The notes under the pieces: model-generated
The model's input: only the letters and a program-made list of their open reading frames with translations
What the model was told of the DNA's origin: nothing
Databases searched by the model: none
Part shown: in pieces, positions 1 to 8,060 of the stretch
Position numbering within the stretch: the stretch's first letter is position 1
How the letters are laid out: the number at the start of each line of letters is the position of its first letter
Translations under genes and position numbers: made by a program
Assembly: GCA_963718525.1 (NCBI GenBank)
Contig: OY970355.1
Span: 2,816,001 to 2,880,000 of the forward strand
Origin: Candidatus Dormiibacterota bacterium
GTDB taxonomy: Bacteria > Chloroflexota > Dormibacteria > Aeolococcales > Aeolococcaceae
Length of the DNA stretch: 64,000 nucleotides
Reading direction: 5' to 3'

Positions 1-410
1 ACGTCGTGCTCGCCAATCGCCGCTCCCTCGACAAAGTAGCCCGCCATCAGGCGCTCCTTGAGTGCGTCCTGCCTGCCCACCGAATGCGCGAGGTGGATCA
101 GGCGGTGTGCATCAAAGGTGTTCCCCGACCGCGCGCGGTCGAGGTGGAAGTCAAGGCCTTCGGTCGCGGCGTTGGCGGTCACACGCGCCTGAGCTGCCTC
201 CGCAGCGGCGCGACTCATGCCGTACTTGGCAGCCAGCCGCTCCACCGGATCACCCTCTGTCCTGGCCGGGGCACTCGGATCAAGCTGGAAGCTGCGCCAG
301 GTCACGTTCACCTCGCCTCGGTGATGGAACGCAGCCAGGGCGCCCTCAAAACGGCGCTTGCCGATGTAGCACCAGGGACAGACGACGTCGGACCAGATCT
401 CAATCTCCAT
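1..410 (-). CDS. DsbA/FrnE-family dithiol oxidoreductase (runs off the window edge)
   Basis: Manual translation from ATG at 410: MEIEIWSDVVCPWCYIGKRRFEGAL, the FrnE-type CPWC motif; not in the ORF track because it is truncated. Confidence 0.9.
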   Translation of the reverse strand, partial: MEIEIWSDVVCPWCYIGKRRFEGALAAFHHRGEVNVTWRSFQLDPSAPARTEGDPVERLAAKYGMSRAAAEAAQARVTANAATEGLDFHLDRARSGNTFDAHRLIHLAHSVGRQDALKERLMAGYFVEGAAIGEHD

Positions 411-544
411 GCATCGGTTGTACCGCATTGCCGCCCGGATCACGCCTGACGCGCTCGGGTTCGGAAATCCTGAGTCCGGGTACAGAGATTCCAGAACAAA
501 CGAACCGGCCACCACGCGGCGGTCGGCCAAAGAGAACTGAAAAC

Positions 545-2875
545 ATGGCTGAACTCACATCCGAACTCCTTCCCATCCTGCAGCTGGACGACGTCGTCGT
601 CCTGCCCGGCATGACCGCCACCCTCGCGGTGGAGAGTGACCCGCAGCGGGCCGCCCTGACAGCCGCGCAGAAGGGCAACCGTCTGATCCTGCTCGTGACC
701 CGCATCGACGGCCGCTTCTCGGCCATCGGCACGGTCGCGCAGGTGGTCGAGTCCGGTCAGCTGCCGTCCGGTGCGGAGGTCTCCATCCTCAAGGGCCTGC
801 ATCGCGCTCGCCTCGGTGGTGGCCAGTCCGACATCGGCGGCGCGCTCTGGGTCCAGGTCGAGCCCCTGCCCGACGGCGACCCGACCGACGCCGCTCGCGA
901 GCTCGCGCGCGAGTACCGCGCGCTCATTGAGAACCTGCTCGAGCTGCGCGGCGCAGGGCGCGCCATCGAAGCGGTCCGATCCGTGCGCCATCCCGGCCAC
1001 CTGGCCGACCTGGCCGGCTACTCGCCCGACTTCAGCCTCGAGCAGAAGCTCGAGGTCCTCGAGACGCTCGACCTCGAACAGCGGCTCTCCCGGTTGATCG
1101 GCTGGACCAAGGATGTCCTCGCCGACGCGTCCGTGCGCGAGAAGGTGCGCACCGAAGTCAACGAGGGCATGGAGAAGACCCAACGGGACTTCCTCCTCCG
1201 CCAGCAGCTCGAAGCGATCAAGAAGCAACTCGGCGAGGGTGGCGACGACGTGACCGCCGGGTACCGGGCTCGTCTCGAGAACGCGGGCATGCCCGAGAAC
1301 GTCCGTACCGAGGTTGAGCGCGAGCTCGACCGGTTCGAGCGGACCAGCGAGCAGAGCCCCGAGCACGGCTGGATCAGGACCTACCTCGACTGGATGTTCG
1401 AGATCCCCTGGAACGTTCGCTCCGAGGACAACCTCGATCTCATCGAAGCGCGCCGGATCCTCGACGAGGACCACACCGGCCTCGAGGACGTCAAGCAGCG
1501 GATCATCGAATTCCTGGCTGTCCGGAAGCTCCGCAGCGAGCGCGGCATCAGCGTGCTCGGCAGCGGATCCGGAGCCATCATCACGCTCGTCGGACCTCCT
1601 GGCGTCGGCAAGACGTCGCTCGGCGAGTCGGTCGCCCGAGCGCTGGGTCGCAAGTTCGCCCGGATCTCGCTCGGTGGCATCCACGACGAGGCCGACATCC
1701 GCGGACACCGGCGCACGTACGTCGGCGCTCTTCCCGGGCGCATCGTGCGTGCCCTCAAGGAAGCCGGCACCAAGAACCCGGTGATCATGCTCGACGAGAT
1801 CGACAAGGTCGGCAGCGACTGGCGGGGTGACCCCTCCTCCGCGCTGCTCGAGGTGCTCGATCCCGCGCAGAACAACACCTTCCGTGACCACTACCTCGAG
1901 GTCGACCTCGACCTCTCCGAGGTGCTCTTCATCCCGACAGCGAACGTGTGGGAGACGATCCCGGCGCCGCTGCTCGACCGGATGGAGCTGATCCGTCTCG
2001 ACGGATACACCGAGAACGAGAAGGTCGCGATCGCACGCGATCATCTCCTCCGCCGGCAGATTGAGCACGCAGGACTGCGGACTGACGAGGTCAGCATCAC
2101 CGATGCCGCGATCCTCGCTGTGATCACCGACCACACCCGCGAGGCGGGCGTCCGGAACCTGGAGCGAGAGCTCGGCAAGATGACCCGCAAGGTTGCGACG
2201 CGCATCGCCGGGGGCGACCTGGTCGCACCGCTGGAGATCACGCCCGCAGAGGTGCGTGACCTGCTGGGCAAGGCCAAGTTCGACAACGAGGTCGCCGAAC
2301 GCACGGCTGTCGCGGGCGTGGCCACCGGGCTTGCAGTGACCGGCACCGGAGGCGACGTGCTCTTCATCGAAGCAGCCAACGCCCCTGGCGACGGCAAGCT
2401 CACGCTCACAGGCCAGTTGGGTGACGTGATGAAGGAGTCGGCGCAGATCGCACTGTCATACGTCAGGGCTCATGCGGCCGCGCTGGGCATCGATCCCGAA
2501 GCTGCCCGCCAGAGCATGCACATCCACGTCCCGGCCGGCGCGGTGCCGAAAGACGGACCATCTGCAGGCGTCGCGATGACGACGGCGATGGTGAGCCTCC
2601 TGACCGGACGGCCGATGCGCAGCAGCGTTGCAATGACCGGTGAGGTCACCCTCCAGGAACTCGTGCTCCCGATCGGCGGCGTCAAGCAGAAGGTCCTCGC
2701 GGCCCATCGCATGGGTCTGCGCGAGGTGATCCTGCCCCGGCGCAACGAGAAGGACATCGAGGACGTCCCGGAGAGCGTGCGCGACGTGATGACGTTCCAC
2801 CTGGCCAGCCGCGTTGAGGAAGCCCTCAACGTTGCGCTCGAACCGGTCGCGACGCCAGTCTTCGCCGCAGCCTAA
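545..2875 (+). CDS. lon: ATP-dependent Lon protease
   Basis: Walker A GPPGVGKT, Walker B MLDEIDK, RRTYVGALPGRI, catalytic PKDGPSAG and GGVKQK; start placed at ATG 545 (MAELTSE). Confidence 0.97.
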   Translation: MAELTSELLPILQLDDVVVLPGMTATLAVESDPQRAALTAAQKGNRLILLVTRIDGRFSAIGTVAQVVESGQLPSGAEVSILKGLHRARLGGGQSDIGGALWVQVEPLPDGDPTDAARELAREYRALIENLLELRGAGRAIEAVRSVRHPGHLADLAGYSPDFSLEQKLEVLETLDLEQRLSRLIGWTKDVLADASVREKVRTEVNEGMEKTQRDFLLRQQLEAIKKQLGEGGDDVTAGYRARLENAGMPENVRTEVERELDRFERTSEQSPEHGWIRTYLDWMFEIPWNVRSEDNLDLIEARRILDEDHTGLEDVKQRIIEFLAVRKLRSERGISVLGSGSGAIITLVGPPGVGKTSLGESVARALGRKFARISLGGIHDEADIRGHRRTYVGALPGRIVRALKEAGTKNPVIMLDEIDKVGSDWRGDPSSALLEVLDPAQNNTFRDHYLEVDLDLSEVLFIPTANVWETIPAPLLDRMELIRLDGYTENEKVAIARDHLLRRQIEHAGLRTDEVSITDAAILAVITDHTREAGVRNLERELGKMTRKVATRIAGGDLVAPLEITPAEVRDLLGKAKFDNEVAERTAVAGVATGLAVTGTGGDVLFIEAANAPGDGKLTLTGQLGDVMKESAQIALSYVRAHAAALGIDPEAARQSMHIHVPAGAVPKDGPSAGVAMTTAMVSLLTGRPMRSSVAMTGEVTLQELVLPIGGVKQKVLAAHRMGLREVILPRRNEKDIEDVPESVRDVMTFHLASRVEEALNVALEPVATPVFAAA

Positions 2876-2889
2876 GAGCTCATGACCGT

Positions 2890-2920
2890 CCGGGTCACGG
2901 CCACTGTGGTCGCGACCCGG
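2890..2920 (+). terminator. GC-rich hairpin downstream of lon
   Basis: CCGGGTC...GACCCGG stem with an inner CGGCCAC/GTGGTCG stem, between the convergent lon and DedA genes; no U-tract. Confidence 0.45.
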
Positions 2921-2983
2921 GCGACCTCGGTCACACTCGGCGCACAGGCGCCAATGGAGTGCAGAACGAACGCACTCTTCCTG

Positions 2984-3604
2984 TCATCGAGCCATGGTGG
3001 GTGCCATGGGCTGGGCGCGTGCGCGCCAGACCGCAATCAGCGCGACGATCACGGCGGCTACGAGAATGGGGATCGCAGCGTTGGCTTCGCCTTGGTCGAT
3101 GAGCTTGATGGCCGGACGACCCACTGCGTCTCCGAGACCTACGAAAGCTGCGATGTAGGCCATATTCGCGGCAAGCAACCCTATGAGAAATGTGCGCCGC
3201 GGCATTCCACTGACCGCAGCCACCTGGGTGGTGTAGATCCTCAAGCCGGGAATCAGTCGGGACACAAACGCAGCTCGCCAATCGCCATGGCCCAGGAGCT
3301 TCGCTGCGCGATCCAGAACCCCTCCAGCGTGAAACCTACGAGCAATACCGAAGAGACGATCCCGCCCCAATCGCGCGAAAAGTTCCCAGCCGACGAGCGC
3401 ACCCGCGATCATGGTGAGAAGAGCGGCAGGAATGAACACCAGCGGACTGATCTGTCCTGATGCAATAGCGATTCCGCCTACAGCAAGCAGCAGGTCGCCG
3501 GAGATGAAGAACAGTGGAACCCCAACCTCCTCTGCGAAGAGGAGGCTGAGGATGACCACAAGTAAGACGTTGCCGCCGAGCCCGAACAGCGGTAAGTCGT
3601 TCAT
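2984..3604 (-). CDS. DedA/SNARE-associated family membrane protein
   Basis: EEVGVPLFFISGDLLL and SRLIPGLR motifs; ATGA overlap with the upstream hydrolase gene. Confidence 0.85.
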   Translation of the reverse strand: MNDLPLFGLGGNVLLVVILSLLFAEEVGVPLFFISGDLLLAVGGIAIASGQISPLVFIPAALLTMIAGALVGWELFARLGRDRLFGIARRFHAGGVLDRAAKLLGHGDWRAAFVSRLIPGLRIYTTQVAAVSGMPRRTFLIGLLAANMAYIAAFVGLGDAVGRPAIKLIDQGEANAAIPILVAAVIVALIAVWRARAQPMAPTMAR

Positions 3605-5808
3605 GGAGACGTGCGAGCTGGCAAGGACGGATCCGAGATGCCCGACGGACGCGGCGAGATCACACTCTCGCCGTGTCGCCGCGGAATCGCCAGGCGGCGC
3701 CGGCGACGAAGATCGCCGGCCAGGGCTTCGGCTGCGTTGGTTTCATCCACACGACGGCGAGCCTGCCGATCCCACAAGATGTCGAGCGCGAGGAGGATCA
3801 GGTTTGCGCCGACGGTGGCTCCGACGATTGCAGTGACGAGGGAGAGAAGTCCGCTGGTCGCATTGAACCCCAGCCAGGCACCTACGAGGCTACCTCCCAC
3901 TGCTGCCGCGAATCCGATGGTGTGGGCGTTGGATTGCCGGTCGCGGTTGACCCAGGCGAGGTAGATCCCCAGGCCAATCGGCACACCGATTGAGACGACG
4001 GCGAGGAGCTGGTCTTCAATCGGAATCGTCGAGGACGTCGTGAGGACGATGAGCACACCGAGGAACCAGCCACCGAGGCCGAGGATGAGCGGGTACATCG
4101 AGCGGAGCACCGCACTCGCCGTGCGCCCGAACCGACCGCGTCTGCGGATGCGCCACCACATCAGGAGCAGCGACACCACCGTGAGGACGGCGAGGCCGGT
4201 CATCGTGGCGACAATGTCCTTGGCAATCGTCGTCTGTGTGCTGGCCGGTGTGAAGGAGACGTGCGGGCTCGTGTACAGGGATTGGTCGACGCGTCCGGTC
4301 TCGAGGTAGGTGGCGATCAGGGCGGTGCCGCCGGCAGGGTCATAGCTCCAGAAGGAACCTGCGTGCCCGAGCTGGGGCACCACCACCTGGTGCCCATTCG
4401 GGAGGAAGGGCATCAGCTGATCCGTCGCGTTCTGCGGTGGGGTCGACATATCGAGCGCCCCGCTGATCACCAGGGTCTGGACATTCGACGTCTGGTCGTG
4501 CATGTACTGGCCCGAGTCCGTGACAGCCGGCCAGGCATTCGCCAGCTCGCCGCCGGCGAAGAGGAAAGCCGTGCCGGGGCTGCCGATGATCGACGGGTCG
4601 GGGTGGGCGAAGTACTGCCTGACAGCAGGGAAGTCGATCGACCCGACGGACGCGAATTCACCCCAGACAAACGACTGTGGGAAAGCGATGCTTGCCAGAA
4701 ACGATTCGAACCAGAGCCCGCTCGGGTCGCCGGCGGCGGCCGATAACCATGCGTCGATCGTCATCGGCGCGGAGTCTGGCGCTGCGTCGTCCGTCAACTC
4801 CTGCATGCCAAATGAGGTCGCGGCCATTACGTTGCCCTTGGTGATAGGGAGGAACAAGAAGTGGTCGGGCATGTTGGCCGCGGTGTGTTTGATGGTGGCG
4901 ATGAGATCGTTGGTGCGCTTGCCGCAGGCGACGTCCGCTGCGCAGAGGCGAGCGTAGGACTGGAACTCCTGATCGATGGTCGCCGTATCGAACAGGAAGT
5001 CGCCGGGCGGGTTCGCCCCGATCATCACCGAGCGAAGGATGCTCGTCGGGTAGCGCCAGGCATAGATCATTGCAAGGCGGGTCCCCGCGCTCTCGCTGAC
5101 GAGGTCTATCTGCTTGTAGCCCAGCGCGCTGCGCGCCGCCTCGAGGTCATCGACCTGCTCAGGTAGGGTGTAGCCGGCGAGGTCGACGCCGTCTGCCGTC
5201 AGGCGGGTCGCGCAGGTGCGGAAGCCGTTGGCGTAGGCCTCGAACGACGCCTGTCCGAGCATGTCGGCCGAGTTTTCCAGTGCGGAGGTAACCTCGGGGC
5301 AATCGAGCACGGACGATCCGTCGACGCCCCGGTAACCGACCAGGACGACGTCATGGTTAGCTGTAAAGCGGCTGGCGTCCGGGAACACCATGTTCGTGAC
5401 GCCGGGACCGCCGTTCAGACGGAAAATCGGCTCGGACGGATGGGCGGATGTGGCTCGAATGACAATGACGGGCAACGCGATCAGTCGCGAGTGCGGGTTC
5501 GTCCGATTCTCGGGCACGACCAGCGTGCCGCAGTCGGCTCTGGAGCTCCCCTTCTCCGTCGTATAGGTGCAGGCCGTGAGCTTCAATTGGCCGGCATGCG
5601 CACCGGCGGGGACAGACACCGCGCTGGTGCCGCCCGTCAATTGGACGTACACGAGACCGAGCACCCCCAGTGCGATGACGATGAGAGCGATGATGCGCGC
5701 AGCAGTGAAGCCCCTCCTCCGTTCGCTTGTTCGACCGCTGATGGGATGCTCCTTTCGTGACAACCGTTGGGCCCGTGGGTCATCAGTCGTGCGGTTTCTG
5801 CCAAACAT
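3601..5808 (-). CDS. Membrane-anchored alpha/beta hydrolase (TAP-like family) with a C-terminal multi-TM extension
   Basis: N-terminal TM, CGTLVVPENR, GGPG oxyanion motif, DYRGV-like GYRGVD, SESAG nucleophile elbow, GALD and LGH; several C-terminal TM helices; AGGAG RBS. Confidence 0.85.
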   Translation of the reverse strand: MFGRNRTTDDPRAQRLSRKEHPISGRTSERRRGFTAARIIALIVIALGVLGLVYVQLTGGTSAVSVPAGAHAGQLKLTACTYTTEKGSSRADCGTLVVPENRTNPHSRLIALPVIVIRATSAHPSEPIFRLNGGPGVTNMVFPDASRFTANHDVVLVGYRGVDGSSVLDCPEVTSALENSADMLGQASFEAYANGFRTCATRLTADGVDLAGYTLPEQVDDLEAARSALGYKQIDLVSESAGTRLAMIYAWRYPTSILRSVMIGANPPGDFLFDTATIDQEFQSYARLCAADVACGKRTNDLIATIKHTAANMPDHFLFLPITKGNVMAATSFGMQELTDDAAPDSAPMTIDAWLSAAAGDPSGLWFESFLASIAFPQSFVWGEFASVGSIDFPAVRQYFAHPDPSIIGSPGTAFLFAGGELANAWPAVTDSGQYMHDQTSNVQTLVISGALDMSTPPQNATDQLMPFLPNGHQVVVPQLGHAGSFWSYDPAGGTALIATYLETGRVDQSLYTSPHVSFTPASTQTTIAKDIVATMTGLAVLTVVSLLLMWWRIRRRGRFGRTASAVLRSMYPLILGLGGWFLGVLIVLTTSSTIPIEDQLLAVVSIGVPIGLGIYLAWVNRDRQSNAHTIGFAAAVGGSLVGAWLGFNATSGLLSLVTAIVGATVGANLILLALDILWDRQARRRVDETNAAEALAGDLRRRRRLAIPRRHGESVISPRPSGISDPSLPARTSP

Positions 5809-5846
5809 GTCTGCTCTCCTAATTAACTCGTCTGTCTACCTCCACC

Positions 5847-5901
5847 ATCCTGGGCAGCTCCACATCCGATGACATCAGGGGCAGTACTGGCAGAGCACGT
5901 A
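5847..5901 (-). promoter_or_regulatory. Regulon motif copy 1 plus -10 box (hydrolase-DedA operon)
   Basis: TACGTGC-TCTGCCA-GTACT-GCC-CCTGAT-N21-CAGGAT. Confidence 0.75.
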
Positions 5902-6217
5902 GAGGCGGCAGTCGCGGCCCGACCACCGGTGAAGCGACCGGAGGTCATCCCCTCGGTGTCATGGGGGGTGAAAGCCGCACACTGCGGCGATGTGCAGATC
6001 TTGCCGGTCTCGAGGATCCCAATCTGGTCGCTCAGGCAGTGATGACCAACCTGGGTTTGGTGGACCAGTCCGGGGAATGGCCGACAACATCGAGCGATCG
6101 CAGCCCATGCGGATGCGGGGACTAGCCTTGGCGATACCCGTGGATATGCAGACCGCCTCCGGTATGGTGCCTGGCCACCTAGCTGTCAAGCTGCTCGGCG
6201 TGTTCCCGCGACAGCAA

Positions 6218-6513
6218 TCAACGTGGCGGCCCCGTCAGCCCGACCAGGTCGCTGCTGACCCGCCAGAGCCGCGCGGTGACGGCCAGGTCGCCGGCGGCCT
6301 TGTTGGCGATCTTGGGCTTGCGGTTTGCAAAGAACTGGCCAGTGATCGCCTCCACGTCGGGTGATGAGGCCAGATAGATCGGCGTCCGTGCGCCTTGTGT
6401 CGGTGTCTTCAGGAACGGGCGAACGCGAGCCCGATCGCGGTGGCTTTGCCGATTCCGCAGGTAGCACCGGTGACCAGCACGACCTTGCCTGCCATCGGCA
6501 GTGCATCAGACAC
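6218..6513 (-). pseudogene. Short-chain dehydrogenase (retinol dehydrogenase-like) with a large internal deletion
   Basis: N-terminus MAGKVVLVTGATCGIGKATAIGLA joined out of frame at ~6424 to C-terminus RPFLKTPTQGARTPIYLASSPDVEAITGQFF...ARLWRVSSDLVG. Confidence 0.85.
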
Positions 6514-7543
6514 TGATCACGACCTTTCCTCGCGCGTGGCCCGTTCCGATGTAGTCCATCGCAGCGGCAGTCTCGCTCAGGGGGTCCGTTCGATCGATGA
6601 CCGGCATGACCTTACCGGCCTCGATCAGCTCCTTGAGCGCGAGGAGATCGTCATGCTTCTGCGCCACCACAAATCGGCCGAGGCGCTGGCTCACAAAACG
6701 GAACGACACCATCGCTTTGATCAGCCGGCCCGCGCTCGAGAACCAACGATTCTGGAACTGCCCGCCGTTTGGCACGAGCATCCCCCTCGCGGTGAGCGTG
6801 CGCCGCAGTTCGGACAACGATCGGTTCGAGATGTTGTCGAGGATGAAGTCGTAATGCTCGCCACTCTTGGTGAAGTCGTCGCGTGTGTAGTCGATAACGT
6901 GGTCCGCGCCGATCGATCGGACCATCTCCACGTTTGACGTGCTGCACACGCCGGTGACTTCCGCTCCCAGTGACTTCGCGATCTGCACGGCGAAGGTGCC
7001 GACTCCACCTGAAGCGCCGTTGACCAGCACCTTCTGCCCAACGTGGACGTCGCCGTGATCGCGAAGCGCCTGGAGGGCAACCGATCCGGCCATCGGGACG
7101 GTGGCAGCTTGTTCGAAAGTGAGATTGGTCGGCTTGAGCGCCAGCCCATCTTCAGAAGCGGACGCGTACTCGGCAAACGCGCCGCGGCACCAGCCGAAGA
7201 CCTCGTCGCCCGGCCGGAATCGCGTCACGGAGATGCCGACGGCTTCGACCTGACCTGCGACATCCGTGCCTCGAATACCGTTCTTCGGTGTGCGCAGACC
7301 GTATATGGGAGCCGGCCGTGCGATGTACGGCAGGCCGCCCATCATCGCCCAGTCCGCCGGGTTGACCGCGGCGGCCCGAACCCGAATCAACACGTCGTGC
7401 TCGCCGATTGCCGGTTTGGCCGTGTCCCTGAGTTGCAGGACGTCGGATGACCCGTATTTGTCTTGAATGATCGCTTTCATTGTCGTCACACCGACGTTAG
7501 CCTCTGTCCGCTCGGTCGCTGTGTCGATGGTGGCTGTCTCCAT
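6506..7543 (-). CDS. NAD(P)-dependent MDR-family oxidoreductase (quinone reductase-like, annotated 'alcohol dehydrogenase')
   Basis: MKAIIQDKYG, AVNPADW, GTDVAG, NGASGGVG, GHARGKVVI; Zn ligands not apparent. Confidence 0.92.
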   Translation of the reverse strand: METATIDTATERTEANVGVTTMKAIIQDKYGSSDVLQLRDTAKPAIGEHDVLIRVRAAAVNPADWAMMGGLPYIARPAPIYGLRTPKNGIRGTDVAGQVEAVGISVTRFRPGDEVFGWCRGAFAEYASASEDGLALKPTNLTFEQAATVPMAGSVALQALRDHGDVHVGQKVLVNGASGGVGTFAVQIAKSLGAEVTGVCSTSNVEMVRSIGADHVIDYTRDDFTKSGEHYDFILDNISNRSLSELRRTLTARGMLVPNGGQFQNRWFSSAGRLIKAMVSFRFVSQRLGRFVVAQKHDDLLALKELIEAGKVMPVIDRTDPLSETAAAMDYIGTGHARGKVVISV

Positions 7544-7576
7544 GGTCTCTCCCAGAACACTTGCTCAATGCCTCGC

Positions 7577-7632
7577 ATCCTCTCCGGCGGCGGCGGCGAC
7601 AGCCATCGGGGCCACCACTGAGCCACCACGTA
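7577..7632 (-). promoter_or_regulatory. Regulon motif copy 2 plus -10 box (MDR-SDR operon)
   Basis: TACGTGG-TGGCTCA-GTGGT-GGC-CCCGAT-N22-GAGGAT. Confidence 0.7.
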
Positions 7633-7672
7633 GGCGGCACAGCTGGGCCAGGGCGTCAGCCGATAGCCGCAC

Positions 7673-7727
7673 TACGTGGTCGATGGGTGCTGTCACCGAC
7701 GACTTCCGTCGGCAGAGAACGCAACCT
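7673..7727 (+). promoter_or_regulatory. Regulon motif copy 3 plus -10 box (leaderless small gene)
   Basis: TACGTGG-TCGATGG-GTGCT-GTC-ACCGAC-N21-CAACCT-N6-ATG. Confidence 0.7.
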
Positions 7728-7733
7728 GGGGTC

Positions 7734-8060
7734 ATGAGAACGAAACCCCCAGCTCTGACGCCGGCTCGCCTCACACGACGGTGCTACTTAGCCGAGGTGA
7801 CGTTGAGAGTGGCAGCGAGCGAGCTTTCGTGGATCAGCAAGAGCCTGCATGCAGCGTGCCTGCGTCTCCGAGGGAGCAATCTTCGGCTGAAGGTGCTGAG
7901 CGCCGCGTACATCCCGGACGACGACCGGCTCTCATGCATCATCGAGGCTGGGTGTGTCGAGGATATTCATCGCTTGTTTGGCGTTGCACTGCTTCCGCCG
8001 GTCCGAGTCGTCGAAGCGTGTGTGGTCGCACTGCGAACGCCGCGACGAAAGCGCTGCTAG
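7734..8060 (+). CDS. Small DUF4242/SCO4226-like protein (108 aa)
   Basis: YLAE...IPDDDRLSCIIEA...ALLPPVRVVEA aligns by eye with the 40645-40938 protein; promoter motif 6 nt upstream of ATG 7734. Confidence 0.65.
   Translation: MRTKPPALTPARLTRRCYLAEVTLRVAASELSWISKSLHAACLRLRGSNLRLKVLSAAYIPDDDRLSCIIEAGCVEDIHRLFGVALLPPVRVVEACVVALRTPRRKRC

Noticed and set aside
62-544. 161-aa N-terminal extension of lon in the ORF track
   Set aside because: It overlaps the opposite-strand FrnE-like gene, and Lon homology begins at ATG 545
440-2134. Long antisense ORFs (also 23712-25214, 25184-26371, 40842-42362, 53439-54668)
   Set aside because: Shadow frames of real genes, expected at this GC content; no recognisable motifs
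2957-2980. GAGTGC...GCACTC as the missing att site (matches bases at the tRNA 3' end)
   Set aside because: Only 6-8 nt of identity, part of a local hairpin; expected by chance
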